A stretch of 64,000 nucleotides of DNA. Source: Promethearchaeota archaeon. Its GTDB lineage: Archaea > Asgardarchaeota > Lokiarchaeia > Sigyniarchaeales > SOKP01. The notes under the pieces are model-generated. The model had not been told where the DNA came from, did not search any database, and saw only the letters and a program-made list of their open reading frames with translations. The position numbers were made by a program, and so were the translations under genes. Location: contig JBHLLU010000007.1 in NCBI GenBank assembly GCA_048938895.1, positions 45,907-109,906 on the forward strand. The letters run 5' to 3'. Of the stretch, positions 1 to 8,991 are shown in pieces (positions within the stretch are counted from its first letter, which is position 1; each line of letters begins with the position of its first letter).

Positions 1-522
1 ATTACTTAAGTGAATTAAATTAAGATTAAATTCTTTTGCAGACGTTAAAAATATATTTATTTTTCTATCTTTATCATAATTAGAAATTTTGTCAATTTTA
101 TTTAAGAGGATCAAGATGGGAATCTTAAATTCGTTTAAAAATTGAATAAGTTCAAAACTTAAGGGAATTGTATTTCTATCTTCTATAAAATATTTCTTTA
201 TTTCATCTTCTATTCTTAAAATATTGAGCACCACTAATCCTAAAAAATAATTATCATGATTTCTTTCAATATGAATGACAATCTGCTTTTTTATGTGTTC
301 TACACGTCTATGGCTAGAATGCTTAGCAAATCCAAATCCAGGAAGATCAACGATATTATAGTTTAAACCAGGTTGGGTTATTGGTTTTATCAACAAAGTG
401 CTACCGGGGGATTTCCCTATTTTCCCTTTGAATAAACTAGGGTTGGGTAATAAAAGTCTTGTAATTGATGTCTTACCGACATTTGAATTTCCAATTATTA
501 ATAAAGAAGGTTTTTCATTCAT
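1..522 (-). CDS. engB: EngB/YihA-family GTP-binding protein (3' end runs off window)
   Basis: Not in the ORF track. Manual translation from ATG at 522 gives MNEKPSLLIIGNSNVGKTS...GKSPGST...IVDLPGFG...LLNKIDK (G1, G2, G3 DLPGFG, G4 NKID). The frame stays open to position 1. Confidence 0.8.
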   Translation of the reverse strand, partial: MNEKPSLLIIGNSNVGKTSITRLLLPNPSLFKGKIGKSPGSTLLIKPITQPGLNYNIVDLPGFGFAKHSSHRRVEHIKKQIVIHIERNHDNYFLGLVVLNILRIEDEIKKYFIEDRNTIPLSFELIQFLNEFKIPILILLNKIDKISNYDKDRKINIFLTSAKEFNLNLIHLSN

Positions 523-553
523 TTTCTTTTTTATCTTGTTGATTCAGCGATAT

Positions 554-1438
554 TCAGATATCAAGGAAATCATCATTTAAAAAATCTTTGAACATTTTTT
601 TCTTTTCTTGTTCTTCAATTACAGGACGGGTACTTATTGGTTCACCTGCGATTTCTAACATTTCCTTTAGAGTATCAACATTAATGTTTATCTTAAACAT
701 TCCATCTTTTAAAAAGCGTACTACTTGTTTACTATTCAAACTCAATCGTAAGATATAACCTAATCCGAAATAAAATTGATGTTCTGGAATTGGATCTATA
801 GGTGATTTACTTGTAACTTCTTTCAAAACATCATATAATAACATTTTTGAGGCAATATGATCCTCAACATTAAATACAATATAGTAGAGGGCATGATACC
901 ATATTTTATCTCGCTTATTTTTGATGTAATCTAAAAATTGATCTGGAGATACAACTTTTTCTTCTGTTTCTTTTCTTTTTAATAACTCCTGTTTAATTCG
1001 TTCCTCTAGCTCTTTGGAGACTTCATGAGTTGGCTGAGGCAATTCCTCTCCTTCAGAAAGTTCTGTTATTTCTTCTTGTTTAACAGATTCTATTGCATCT
1101 TGCATATCTTTTAATTCTTCGAAGTCGATTTCATCCATATCGGAAAAGTCAGTTACCATTGTCTCTTTAAACTCTTTTTCTTGTTGCAATTCTTCCTCAA
1201 TTTTTAGGGCTATAGACTCTTCATCTGTTATCTCAATTTCGGATGATTCCTCAATTTCTTTAACTTGAGCTATAGCATCTTGTATTTCTTGAAGTTCTTC
1301 CATATCTAGATCCTCTAAATCAGAAAAATCGGTCTCTAGTGCTTTCATTTCTTCTAGATAAATTTTAAGATCGTCTTCCTCTATTGATTCTTCTTCATTT
1401 TCAATAAGTTCGGTTTCCTCTTCTTTATTCTCATTCAT
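554..1438 (-). CDS. Hypothetical protein: very acidic N-terminal region with a ~60-aa internal repeat and a globular C-terminal domain
   Basis: 294-aa ORF. E/D-rich first ~160 aa; TDFSD..D.EEL...QDAI..VK occurs twice. Confidence 0.75.
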   Translation of the reverse strand: MNENKEEETELIENEEESIEEDDLKIYLEEMKALETDFSDLEDLDMEELQEIQDAIAQVKEIEESSEIEITDEESIALKIEEELQQEKEFKETMVTDFSDMDEIDFEELKDMQDAIESVKQEEITELSEGEELPQPTHEVSKELEERIKQELLKRKETEEKVVSPDQFLDYIKNKRDKIWYHALYYIVFNVEDHIASKMLLYDVLKEVTSKSPIDPIPEHQFYFGLGYILRLSLNSKQVVRFLKDGMFKININVDTLKEMLEIAGEPISTRPVIEEQEKKKMFKDFLNDDFLDI

Positions 1439-1539
1439 TTTAAACTAATATACTAGTATTTATGATTGTTGATACATATTTAATTAAAATATTGCCTTTC
1501 GTATAATTAAAATTGTCCTAAATATTTATTCACTTTAGT

Positions 1540-2253
1540 ATGGATGAAATTAACTTAGATAAGTATAAAGGAATCATCTTTGATATGGATGGTGTGATCT
1601 ATAACATATCAGAAGCAATTGAAAAAGCAGTTGATGATTCTGTAGATAAGTACAAGATGAATGTCAATACTTCTGAGATAATGGAAGAACTTGCTCATCT
1701 CATTGAAGAAATCCAGAATTATCCCGTTCCCAAAATTATTCTTAACTCATATGATCTATTACAAGTAAAATTTTTGGAGGGTTTAAGCTATTTTAAGAAA
1801 CTTCGTATTGCTATTTTTCTATTTAATCAGTTTAATAAATATAAAGATGCTGAGTCTTCGATTTATCCGGGGATAGATGATTTGATAAAGAATATTTATG
1901 ATAAAAAATTGAAGTTAGCAATATTAACCAATAATAAAAGCCAATATGCTGAAGAAGTCTTAGAAAAGTTTAATTTAACCAAATTTTTCAAGACGATCAT
2001 AGGATTTAATGAAGTATCAGAAGTAAAACCTAGCCCTGAAGGTATTTTAAAAATCATCGATGTCTGGAAGATTAAACCATCAGAAACAATTTTTATAGGG
2101 GATATGACCACAGATGTAGATGCGGGAAAATCCGCAAAGGTCAAAATGATATGTGTCGCTTCTGGTCTGGCTAAAAAGGAATCTTTACTAGAGCATAATC
2201 CAGACATTTTGGTTGACAATACAGAACAATTAATCAAACTTTTCGGATTTTAA
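1540..2253 (+). CDS. HAD-superfamily hydrolase (phosphoglycolate phosphatase-like)
   Basis: Motifs FDMDGV, LTNN, KPSPEG, IGDMTTD. Confidence 0.9.
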   Translation: MDEINLDKYKGIIFDMDGVIYNISEAIEKAVDDSVDKYKMNVNTSEIMEELAHLIEEIQNYPVPKIILNSYDLLQVKFLEGLSYFKKLRIAIFLFNQFNKYKDAESSIYPGIDDLIKNIYDKKLKLAILTNNKSQYAEEVLEKFNLTKFFKTIIGFNEVSEVKPSPEGILKIIDVWKIKPSETIFIGDMTTDVDAGKSAKVKMICVASGLAKKESLLEHNPDILVDNTEQLIKLFGF

Positions 2254-2371
2254 TTTTATTATATTATTAATACCCTTTATAATAATAAGCAAGAGATTAG
2301 TGCTTCATCAGAGTAACAAACTGCCTTAATGGAATTTTATTGTTATTAATTTTTTAAATTTTTCTCATATT

Positions 2372-2399
2372 GTAAAAATTTAAAACACCTAATTTTTAC
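2372..2399. promoter_or_regulatory. Inverted repeat GTAAAAATT-N10-AATTTTTAC upstream of first Rab-like GTPase
   Basis: Perfect 9-bp arms overlapping a TTTAAA TATA-like element. The same arms and spacing occur at 3043-3070. Confidence 0.55.
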
Positions 2400-2439
2400 T
2401 ATTTAGGAAATAGATTCATTAAATTAGACGTTGAATCAT

Positions 2440-2991
2440 ATGAGTGATGCTTTCAAATTTAAAATTGTAGTAGTGGGGAATGCTGCTGTTGGGAAAACTT
2501 CGCTGATTAAGAGATATACCACAGATACCTTTGAAAAGGATTATATTTCAACTTTAGGAATGCATTTTTCGAAATTTGATGAAGAAGTTGCAGGAGAAAA
2601 GGTAGAATTATTACTTTGGGACTTAGCCGGTCAAGAATCGTTTAGTACTTTACGTGACAGATTTTATGCTGGTAGTAGTGGTGCTATTATTGTTTTTTCT
2701 CTTGCTCCAGAAGAAATTGAAACCTATAATCAGATTAATAAATGGTATTCGGATGTAAAAGAAGCATGTGGTAATATTCCAATTATATTATTTGGAAATA
2801 AAGCTGATTTGGTTGATCAAGAGGCTTTAATAAACAGTCCAGACTATGCTACTTCTGATATTCATGTTGAAAAGTTTGCTCAAGATCATAAATTTATTCG
2901 GTATTTCAAAACAAGTGCTTTATCAGGTCAAAATGTCAAAGAAGCATTTCAAGCATTAGTAGTAAAATTATATCAAAGAGCTACAATTTAA
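2440..2991 (+). CDS. Rab-like (Ras superfamily) small GTPase
   Basis: GNAAVGKT, YISTLG, WDLAGQE, NKAD, TSA motifs. ATG at 2440 (MSDAF) aligns with the paralog start; the track starts at TTG 2431. Confidence 0.9.
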   Translation: MSDAFKFKIVVVGNAAVGKTSLIKRYTTDTFEKDYISTLGMHFSKFDEEVAGEKVELLLWDLAGQESFSTLRDRFYAGSSGAIIVFSLAPEEIETYNQINKWYSDVKEACGNIPIILFGNKADLVDQEALINSPDYATSDIHVEKFAQDHKFIRYFKTSALSGQNVKEAFQALVVKLYQRATI

Positions 2992-3042
2992 TTTCTTCAA
3001 TTTTAACGCTTTTTCGATTAGATATTATTAGCATTTTCTTTT

Positions 3043-3070
3043 GTAAAAATTTAAAATATGAAATTTTTAC
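3043..3070. promoter_or_regulatory. Inverted repeat GTAAAAATT-N10-AATTTTTAC upstream of second Rab-like GTPase
   Basis: Same arms and spacing as 2372-2399, at a similar distance (~40 nt) from the start codon. Confidence 0.55.
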
Positions 3071-3113
3071 TAAATAAGAAAGAGTATTTTCAACTAAAAG
3101 GAGATTGGTATAA

Positions 3114-3683
3114 TTGAGTGATGTTAAAGGTTATGGATTTAAAATTACTGTTATCGGGGATGGTGCTGTGGGAAAAACTTCATTAATCAAAAAATATACT
3201 CAAGGATCCTTCCAGAATGAATATATCGCTACGTTGGGAACTCAATTTTCTAAATACGAGGAGATCATTGATGGAGATAAGGTTGAACTATATCTTTGGG
3301 ATATTGCAGGTCAGGATTCATTTGATGCATTACGTCAAAGATTTTATATTGGCAGTAGTGGAGCTATTATTGTATTTTCTCATGCGTCTGAACAATCTGC
3401 AAGTTTTGATCATATAACGAAATGGCTGAGTGATTTAAAAAAGCATTGTGGAAACATACCAATTGTTCTTTTCGGAAATAAAATTGATTTAATCGAGAAT
3501 GGTGAATTAAAATCGGATTCGAACAATCCAAAATCAGACGGTAATCTAGAAAAATTTGCAAAAGATAATCGGTTTGTTGGTTATTATAAGACCAGTGCTC
3601 TTACAGGTGAGGGAGTTACTGATGCGTTTAAAGCTTTGGTTAGAAAACTCTATATGATCGCTAAGGTCTCAAGCTTTTCATAA
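3114..3683 (+). CDS. Rab-like (Ras superfamily) small GTPase, tandem paralog
   Basis: GDGAVGKT, YIATLG, WDIAGQD, NKID, TSA. Colinear with 2440-2991; TTG start. Confidence 0.9.
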   Translation: MSDVKGYGFKITVIGDGAVGKTSLIKKYTQGSFQNEYIATLGTQFSKYEEIIDGDKVELYLWDIAGQDSFDALRQRFYIGSSGAIIVFSHASEQSASFDHITKWLSDLKKHCGNIPIVLFGNKIDLIENGELKSDSNNPKSDGNLEKFAKDNRFVGYYKTSALTGEGVTDAFKALVRKLYMIAKVSSFS

Positions 3684-3727
3684 ACTCTTGCTTTAATTAT
3701 TATTTATAGTTGTATAGTAAAAACTTT

Positions 3728-3738
3728 AAAAAAAAAAA
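3728..3738 (-). terminator. Oligo-U archaeal terminator candidate for EF-2
   Basis: A11 on + (U11 in the minus-strand transcript) just after the EF-2 stop. Confidence 0.5.
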
Positions 3739-3746
3739 TTAAAAGT

Positions 3747-6005
3747 CTAAGTACGCTTATAGATAAATCGTTCCCAACTTTTTCTGTTAGGCATTTCTAA
3801 TGGCATGTCCTTTCTTTTACGGATTTCAAGAATAAGGTCTTCTTCTAAAGAGCCAGGCACCTTTTCAAAACCTAAAAATTCATAACCAAAGAAAGCCCTT
3901 CCTTGTGTTGAGCCTCTGATATCATCAGCAATTCCAATTGTTTCTGCCGCAGGGATTTGACCTTGCACTCTTACGTATTCCCCTTCAGGTATGACATTGG
4001 TTATTCGGCCTCTTCTCTTAGTTACAGTTGTGGTTACACCTCCTTCAGTGCCTTGAGGTGTTTTTATGTCTATTTTCTGAACTGGTTCATAAAGATGAGG
4101 TCCTGCTTCTAACATCGCTAATGATACAGCAGAAAAGAACATTCCGGCAATTTGCCCATATTGTGTATGCCTGGGGTCTTCGTGAATGGTCATGTCTGTA
4201 AAAACTACTTTTATTCCGGCTGCGGGTTCTTTTGCTATAATACAATTACCTAACCAGTCTCTAAATGCTGCGCTTAAATAAGATCTAACACGATCGAATC
4301 TTTGTAGCCCCGTGGTACCGTTAACGAGTAAACTACCATGATAGACATCAACTATTCGTCTTGCTTCTTTTGCATCCCACCCTGCTTCTTCTCTGAGGAT
4401 CTGAGCTCTATCTTTATCGTTTTGTAAATCATTTATTTTTCCTGTTTCTATTAATCTTTCTGTAGTCTCATCTAAGGGTTCTATATATAATAAGATACGA
4501 TTATGTGTATTTGCAGACTTAGTATAATATTCTGGACTTTTTTGTGTTATTTTTTCTCTGTAAATAATAATTGGTTCCCCAATGTTTATTTGTACTTGAT
4601 TGTTGATTCTCTTTGTAAGGATTTCTATCTGGAGAGGATCAATACCACTTAGTATAAATTCACCAGATTCGTCGTCTCTTCTATATTCTGCTTCTGGGTT
4701 TGCCTTGAGCCATTTACTTACTACTTCATCCAATTTATCTATCTCGTGAGGATCTTTCGGTTTGATACTTCTTGATACGACCGCTTCACAGGCATAATTA
4801 ATTTTTTCGAATGCAATTTTTGCCAAATTTTTCTTTTCTTCTTTATCCCTCGGAACATTATTCGTCAGCATAAATGTTTCTCCAGCAGGACATACGAAAC
4901 CAAATAAAGCAAAGAGGTTTCCAGCAGGAATCTTAGGAATATCTAAGATATCTGTTATTTCCATAACCCCTAATCGCTTCACACGATTACTTGAATCACT
5001 GTTTATTAGATAAATTGAATCTGATTGGTCAAATGTACCCGAAAATACACGTCCAATAAGCGTTGCTTGATAATTCCTCTTAGGGTCAAGGAAAATTTTT
5101 GTAATCATTCCCAGCAATCTACCATTTGGGTCACTCTTAATTAAAGACTGCCCTAGTTCTGAATTTATATTTCCCCCCCAGATATGAGGTATTCTATATT
5201 CAGAAGCTGTGATTGGATCAGGAAGATGATCTACTATCATTCTCAACATTGGCTCATCTAGGGGAAGATTATCCCGTAGCCATTGAATGTCTCCTTCATT
5301 ATACTTAGCAAAGACATCTTGAGGTTTCAAACCTTTTTCCAATAATATTTCATATGTAAAACCCCAACCATGTTTAGCAGAACCCACTGCTACTGAATTC
5401 TTCGCAAAATCAATAGACCAATCTGAACCTTCAGGTCTAACTTTTTTAATTAGATCATTAACTTCCCGAGTAATTTTATCTATTTTTGCAAAAGTATCTT
5501 GAGGGCTTAACTTAAGTTCACTTATCAATCTATCAACTTTATTAATAAATAAAACAGGCTTACAGAGTTCTTCTCCTACGGATAAACGAATATTGGTTTC
5601 TGTTTGCGTCATAACTCCTTCTAGAGCATCAACTAAAATAATAGCACCATCGCTCCCTCTAAGCGCTCTTGATACTTCTCCTGTAAAACTAATATGTCCC
5701 GGGGTATCATTTAATTGAATGATATAGGGTTCAGGATCCTCTGGCTTTCTTGGGTCATTAAATGCAAGGAGAACAACGCTTGTAAATATTGTAATGCCCC
5801 TTTCTTGTTCTTCATCATCTGAATCAGTCATTTGAAGCTGACCTGCATCTTCAGGTCTCATAAGTCCCGCACGCCTTAATAAGTAATCTGTTGCTGTGGT
5901 TTTACCATGATCAATGTGTGCAGTGATCGAAAATATTCTCTTCTTCTCGTAGGAACCCTCGGTGACTAATTTGGCTATAGTTTCAGGATTTTTTACCTTA
6001 ACCAT
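3747..6005 (-). CDS. fusA: Translation elongation factor 2 family protein (aEF-2 or its Asgard paralog) with non-canonical diphthamide loop
   Basis: AHIDHGKTT, RGITI, DTPGH, NKVD; EF-G domains II-V. The domain IV tip reads HEDPRHTQ rather than HED..HRG. Confidence 0.9.
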   Translation of the reverse strand: MVKVKNPETIAKLVTEGSYEKKRIFSITAHIDHGKTTATDYLLRRAGLMRPEDAGQLQMTDSDDEEQERGITIFTSVVLLAFNDPRKPEDPEPYIIQLNDTPGHISFTGEVSRALRGSDGAIILVDALEGVMTQTETNIRLSVGEELCKPVLFINKVDRLISELKLSPQDTFAKIDKITREVNDLIKKVRPEGSDWSIDFAKNSVAVGSAKHGWGFTYEILLEKGLKPQDVFAKYNEGDIQWLRDNLPLDEPMLRMIVDHLPDPITASEYRIPHIWGGNINSELGQSLIKSDPNGRLLGMITKIFLDPKRNYQATLIGRVFSGTFDQSDSIYLINSDSSNRVKRLGVMEITDILDIPKIPAGNLFALFGFVCPAGETFMLTNNVPRDKEEKKNLAKIAFEKINYACEAVVSRSIKPKDPHEIDKLDEVVSKWLKANPEAEYRRDDESGEFILSGIDPLQIEILTKRINNQVQINIGEPIIIYREKITQKSPEYYTKSANTHNRILLYIEPLDETTERLIETGKINDLQNDKDRAQILREEAGWDAKEARRIVDVYHGSLLVNGTTGLQRFDRVRSYLSAAFRDWLGNCIIAKEPAAGIKVVFTDMTIHEDPRHTQYGQIAGMFFSAVSLAMLEAGPHLYEPVQKIDIKTPQGTEGGVTTTVTKRRGRITNVIPEGEYVRVQGQIPAAETIGIADDIRGSTQGRAFFGYEFLGFEKVPGSLEEDLILEIRKRKDMPLEMPNRKSWERFIYKRT

Positions 6006-6217
6006 CGATTAATACACTTTGTTTTCTATTGTTTTTTTATCTATAATGAAGAAGGAAGTATACAAAATCATAAAAATTTTATGAATTTAAGCTATAAATT
6101 CGTGATTTTTAGCGATTATTTGATTAATAATTAAATAAAATTAAAGGTAAATTTAAAACCACTAACTCTATTACTATTTTAACAACTGAAATTAGGGACA
6201 TTTTAAGGTTCTTAAGA

Positions 6218-7525
6218 ATGAATATTTATTTCGTCTTTAAGCTCTCAACTACATGTTTAATTATTCTTGGAACTATAATTTTTGCGGGAGTGTGCTTCAA
6301 ACGACGAGATTTATTTTCTTGGCTGATTGCTTTTATTGCTGGTTCAATCTCAGAATTTTTTAGGCTCCTTTCTCAGGAAGATTATGATCTTTATTATTTA
6401 ACGGGATTAATTTTTTCAACATTAACTTTATTGTTAATAATAATAGCAGTTTCTCATGAATATTACACAACATTTATGCATCCTAGTAAATCTGGACCTG
6501 TTTCTATCGTTCTTTTATCTGTTATTCAAATGATCCTTTCAGTTGGTCTCCAAATTATTATTGGAGTCCTATTATTTGTGGCATTATTTCTAAGTCTGAG
6601 GATTTATTTAAAGAAGAAAACACCTACCCATGCATTTTTATGTTTGATTCTAATAAGTGGAATTATAAACATGATAGCTATATCCTTAAGAGATGCAGGT
6701 ATTGAAGGCGCGGAAGAATTTTTTCTTTTTTCTTCAGCTGTAATGGCTACAAATATATTTCTTACCGGAATAGTTGCTCTTATCGAAGATAGGATGGTAA
6801 AGTCGGAATATAAGTTCCGGTTAGCTTATAATAGAGCTGAATTATATAAAGATCTATTTGTACATGACATCAATAATATACTCCAAAACTTAGAGTTTTC
6901 TTTAGAAATTATATCTCAACAATGTGAAAAGCATGAAATTGAAGAGGATATTAAAGAGCTACTAAGCCTAGCCAAAAAACAGGTAAATAGAGGTGCTGAA
7001 CTCGGTATTAACGTGAGAAAACTCTCAGATTTAGAATTGGGTAAAGTTAATTCTATCTCGATTGACTTGAATGGCGACTTAGAAAAAGCAATAGCATTTG
7101 TAAAACCAAGATTTCCAGAAAAAGATGTAAGAATTATAATTGATTCAAAGGAAGAAGGCTTAAAGGTAATTGCAAATGACTATTTATATGATACTTTCAG
7201 AATAATTATAAACAACGCGATTCGATATAATAATAGCCCTGAAGTAGAAATAAGAATTAATATCATTCCCATACATGAAGAAGGGAATAATTATATAAGA
7301 ATGGAATTTATAGATAATGGTACAGGATTGCCAGATGCAATGAAACAAAATATTTTTCATAGAAATTATGATGGACCTAAAAATTTTAAACGGTTCGGAC
7401 TAGGGCTTCTTCTTGTAAAAGAAGTTGCTCAGAGTTTTAATGGAAGAGTATGGGCAGAAGATAGAGTAAAAGGAGATTTTGAAAAAGGATGTAAAATAAT
7501 TATGTTAATCCCTGAAGCTCAATAA
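6218..7525 (+). CDS. Membrane-bound sensor histidine kinase
   Basis: About 6-7 hydrophobic segments, then H-box HDINNILQ, N-box NNAIRY, DNGTG and GLGL. Confidence 0.88.
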   Translation: MNIYFVFKLSTTCLIILGTIIFAGVCFKRRDLFSWLIAFIAGSISEFFRLLSQEDYDLYYLTGLIFSTLTLLLIIIAVSHEYYTTFMHPSKSGPVSIVLLSVIQMILSVGLQIIIGVLLFVALFLSLRIYLKKKTPTHAFLCLILISGIINMIAISLRDAGIEGAEEFFLFSSAVMATNIFLTGIVALIEDRMVKSEYKFRLAYNRAELYKDLFVHDINNILQNLEFSLEIISQQCEKHEIEEDIKELLSLAKKQVNRGAELGINVRKLSDLELGKVNSISIDLNGDLEKAIAFVKPRFPEKDVRIIIDSKEEGLKVIANDYLYDTFRIIINNAIRYNNSPEVEIRINIIPIHEEGNNYIRMEFIDNGTGLPDAMKQNIFHRNYDGPKNFKRFGLGLLLVKEVAQSFNGRVWAEDRVKGDFEKGCKIIMLIPEAQ

Positions 7526-7527
7526 CC

Positions 7528-8982
7528 TTAAATATAAAAAGGTAGTATTATTTTTGTAAGTAAAGTCAGAGCTTTCTTCCCAGAAGATAATCTAGCATTC
7601 ATACAATTATCAAGATTTAGGATATCAAAGTTATCGGGAATCTTAGGCTTAATAAATTTCTTTAAAAAATCAAGAAAATTAGTAAAATCTCTATGAGTTT
7701 CAGTCCATAAATACCCCTCTTTCTCAAAGAAGCGTGGATTTTTTCTTTTAAATTTTTCTACATGGTCTTTTTCTTTAATTGGTGGTCCCTTGCGAATATA
7801 AGTTTCTGAAATATTTGGATTTTCACAATATATTACGAGATTATACTCATTTATATCATCTTCAAAATAGACTTCAAATAGAATCTTACCGAACCGTTCT
7901 ATGTGTGTAAACTCTTTTTCTCCATTAGCTATGATCTGATCGCCTAAAGAATACAGTTTATCGCGGTTTATTGTATAGTGAATCTCATTATCAAGGTTTT
8001 TTAACTCTATAAGAAATAACTTCTTAAGCAGATTCTCTTTTTCAACATTGAAATCCATCTCTGGAATAGGTTTGAGTTCAAAAAAATCAACACTTGATTT
8101 TTCTAGAAATAGTTTTATTCTGTATTTACAATATCTATAAGACCGTTCTGATATAGCTGATGCGACATTTCTATTTTTGTCTATAGGATCAATAATAAGT
8201 AAACAATCTTTTTGAAAATGGGTAATTTTTTTTAAGTCTTTTTTACTTCTTTCATAATAATCTAGGGGATTTGAAGCAAGCTTATCAAAATTTTCAAAAA
8301 GATTAATAATGTTCTCAAAATAATAAATAAGTAATTCTGCACTATATCCAATAAATCCTACTTTACCTACAGAACTCTTATCTCCATAGCTATAGTTTGC
8401 TTTAAAAAATTGCTTTAAGAGTCGAACGTCATTTTTCTGGACTTCTGATAAATTATCTCGTATAAAGCGTCCATGCCAAGGTGAACGATCAACCGCAGTT
8501 ATTGGTCCCGTCTTTTTAATGACAGCTAAATCTAAATCAAAGTAGAGCACAATATCTATTTTTATTTTTACATTTTCTTGATAAAAATCCACAGTGACAT
8601 AGGGATGTTCTGCATATAATAGTCTTGGATTTTGAAATTCTTTTAAATTCAAGCTCGGAATGATCCATCTATTACAGAGATCTAAGAAATCATCTTTTGA
8701 CTCTCTCTTTAGCTTATTTTTACTTAATCCCTCATACTTGGGCGCAAAAGAATTATAATCTAACCCAATAAAGAGATCTATATCATAATCCCCCCTTAAT
8801 TGTGTTTGTTTTATCCCTGTTGAGCCTTGTGGTTCTATCTTTGTATACTCAATTCCTAATTCTTTCGCTTTCGTAGCTAGAAGGGCTCTTAATTGATCAG
8901 TTATTTTGCTGATTATATCAATTTCAGTTGGAGTTGGGGTAATTTTTTTTAAAACTTCTTCGAAGATATCATCATATGGCAT
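7528..8982 (-). CDS. cca: Archaeal (class I) CCA-adding tRNA nucleotidyltransferase
   Basis: GS...T.L.GDYDIDLF, YAEHPY, TAVDRSPWH, GFIGYSAELL, IDPIDKNRNVA. Confidence 0.92.
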   Translation of the reverse strand: MPYDDIFEEVLKKITPTPTEIDIISKITDQLRALLATKAKELGIEYTKIEPQGSTGIKQTQLRGDYDIDLFIGLDYNSFAPKYEGLSKNKLKRESKDDFLDLCNRWIIPSLNLKEFQNPRLLYAEHPYVTVDFYQENVKIKIDIVLYFDLDLAVIKKTGPITAVDRSPWHGRFIRDNLSEVQKNDVRLLKQFFKANYSYGDKSSVGKVGFIGYSAELLIYYFENIINLFENFDKLASNPLDYYERSKKDLKKITHFQKDCLLIIDPIDKNRNVASAISERSYRYCKYRIKLFLEKSSVDFFELKPIPEMDFNVEKENLLKKLFLIELKNLDNEIHYTINRDKLYSLGDQIIANGEKEFTHIERFGKILFEVYFEDDINEYNLVIYCENPNISETYIRKGPPIKEKDHVEKFKRKNPRFFEKEGYLWTETHRDFTNFLDFLKKFIKPKIPDNFDILNLDNCMNARLSSGKKALTLLTKIILPFYI

Positions 8983-8991
8983 CTTATTTGG

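Noticed and set aside
398-580. 60-aa plus-strand ORF
   Set aside because: It is the antisense shadow of the minus-strand engB gene (1-522).
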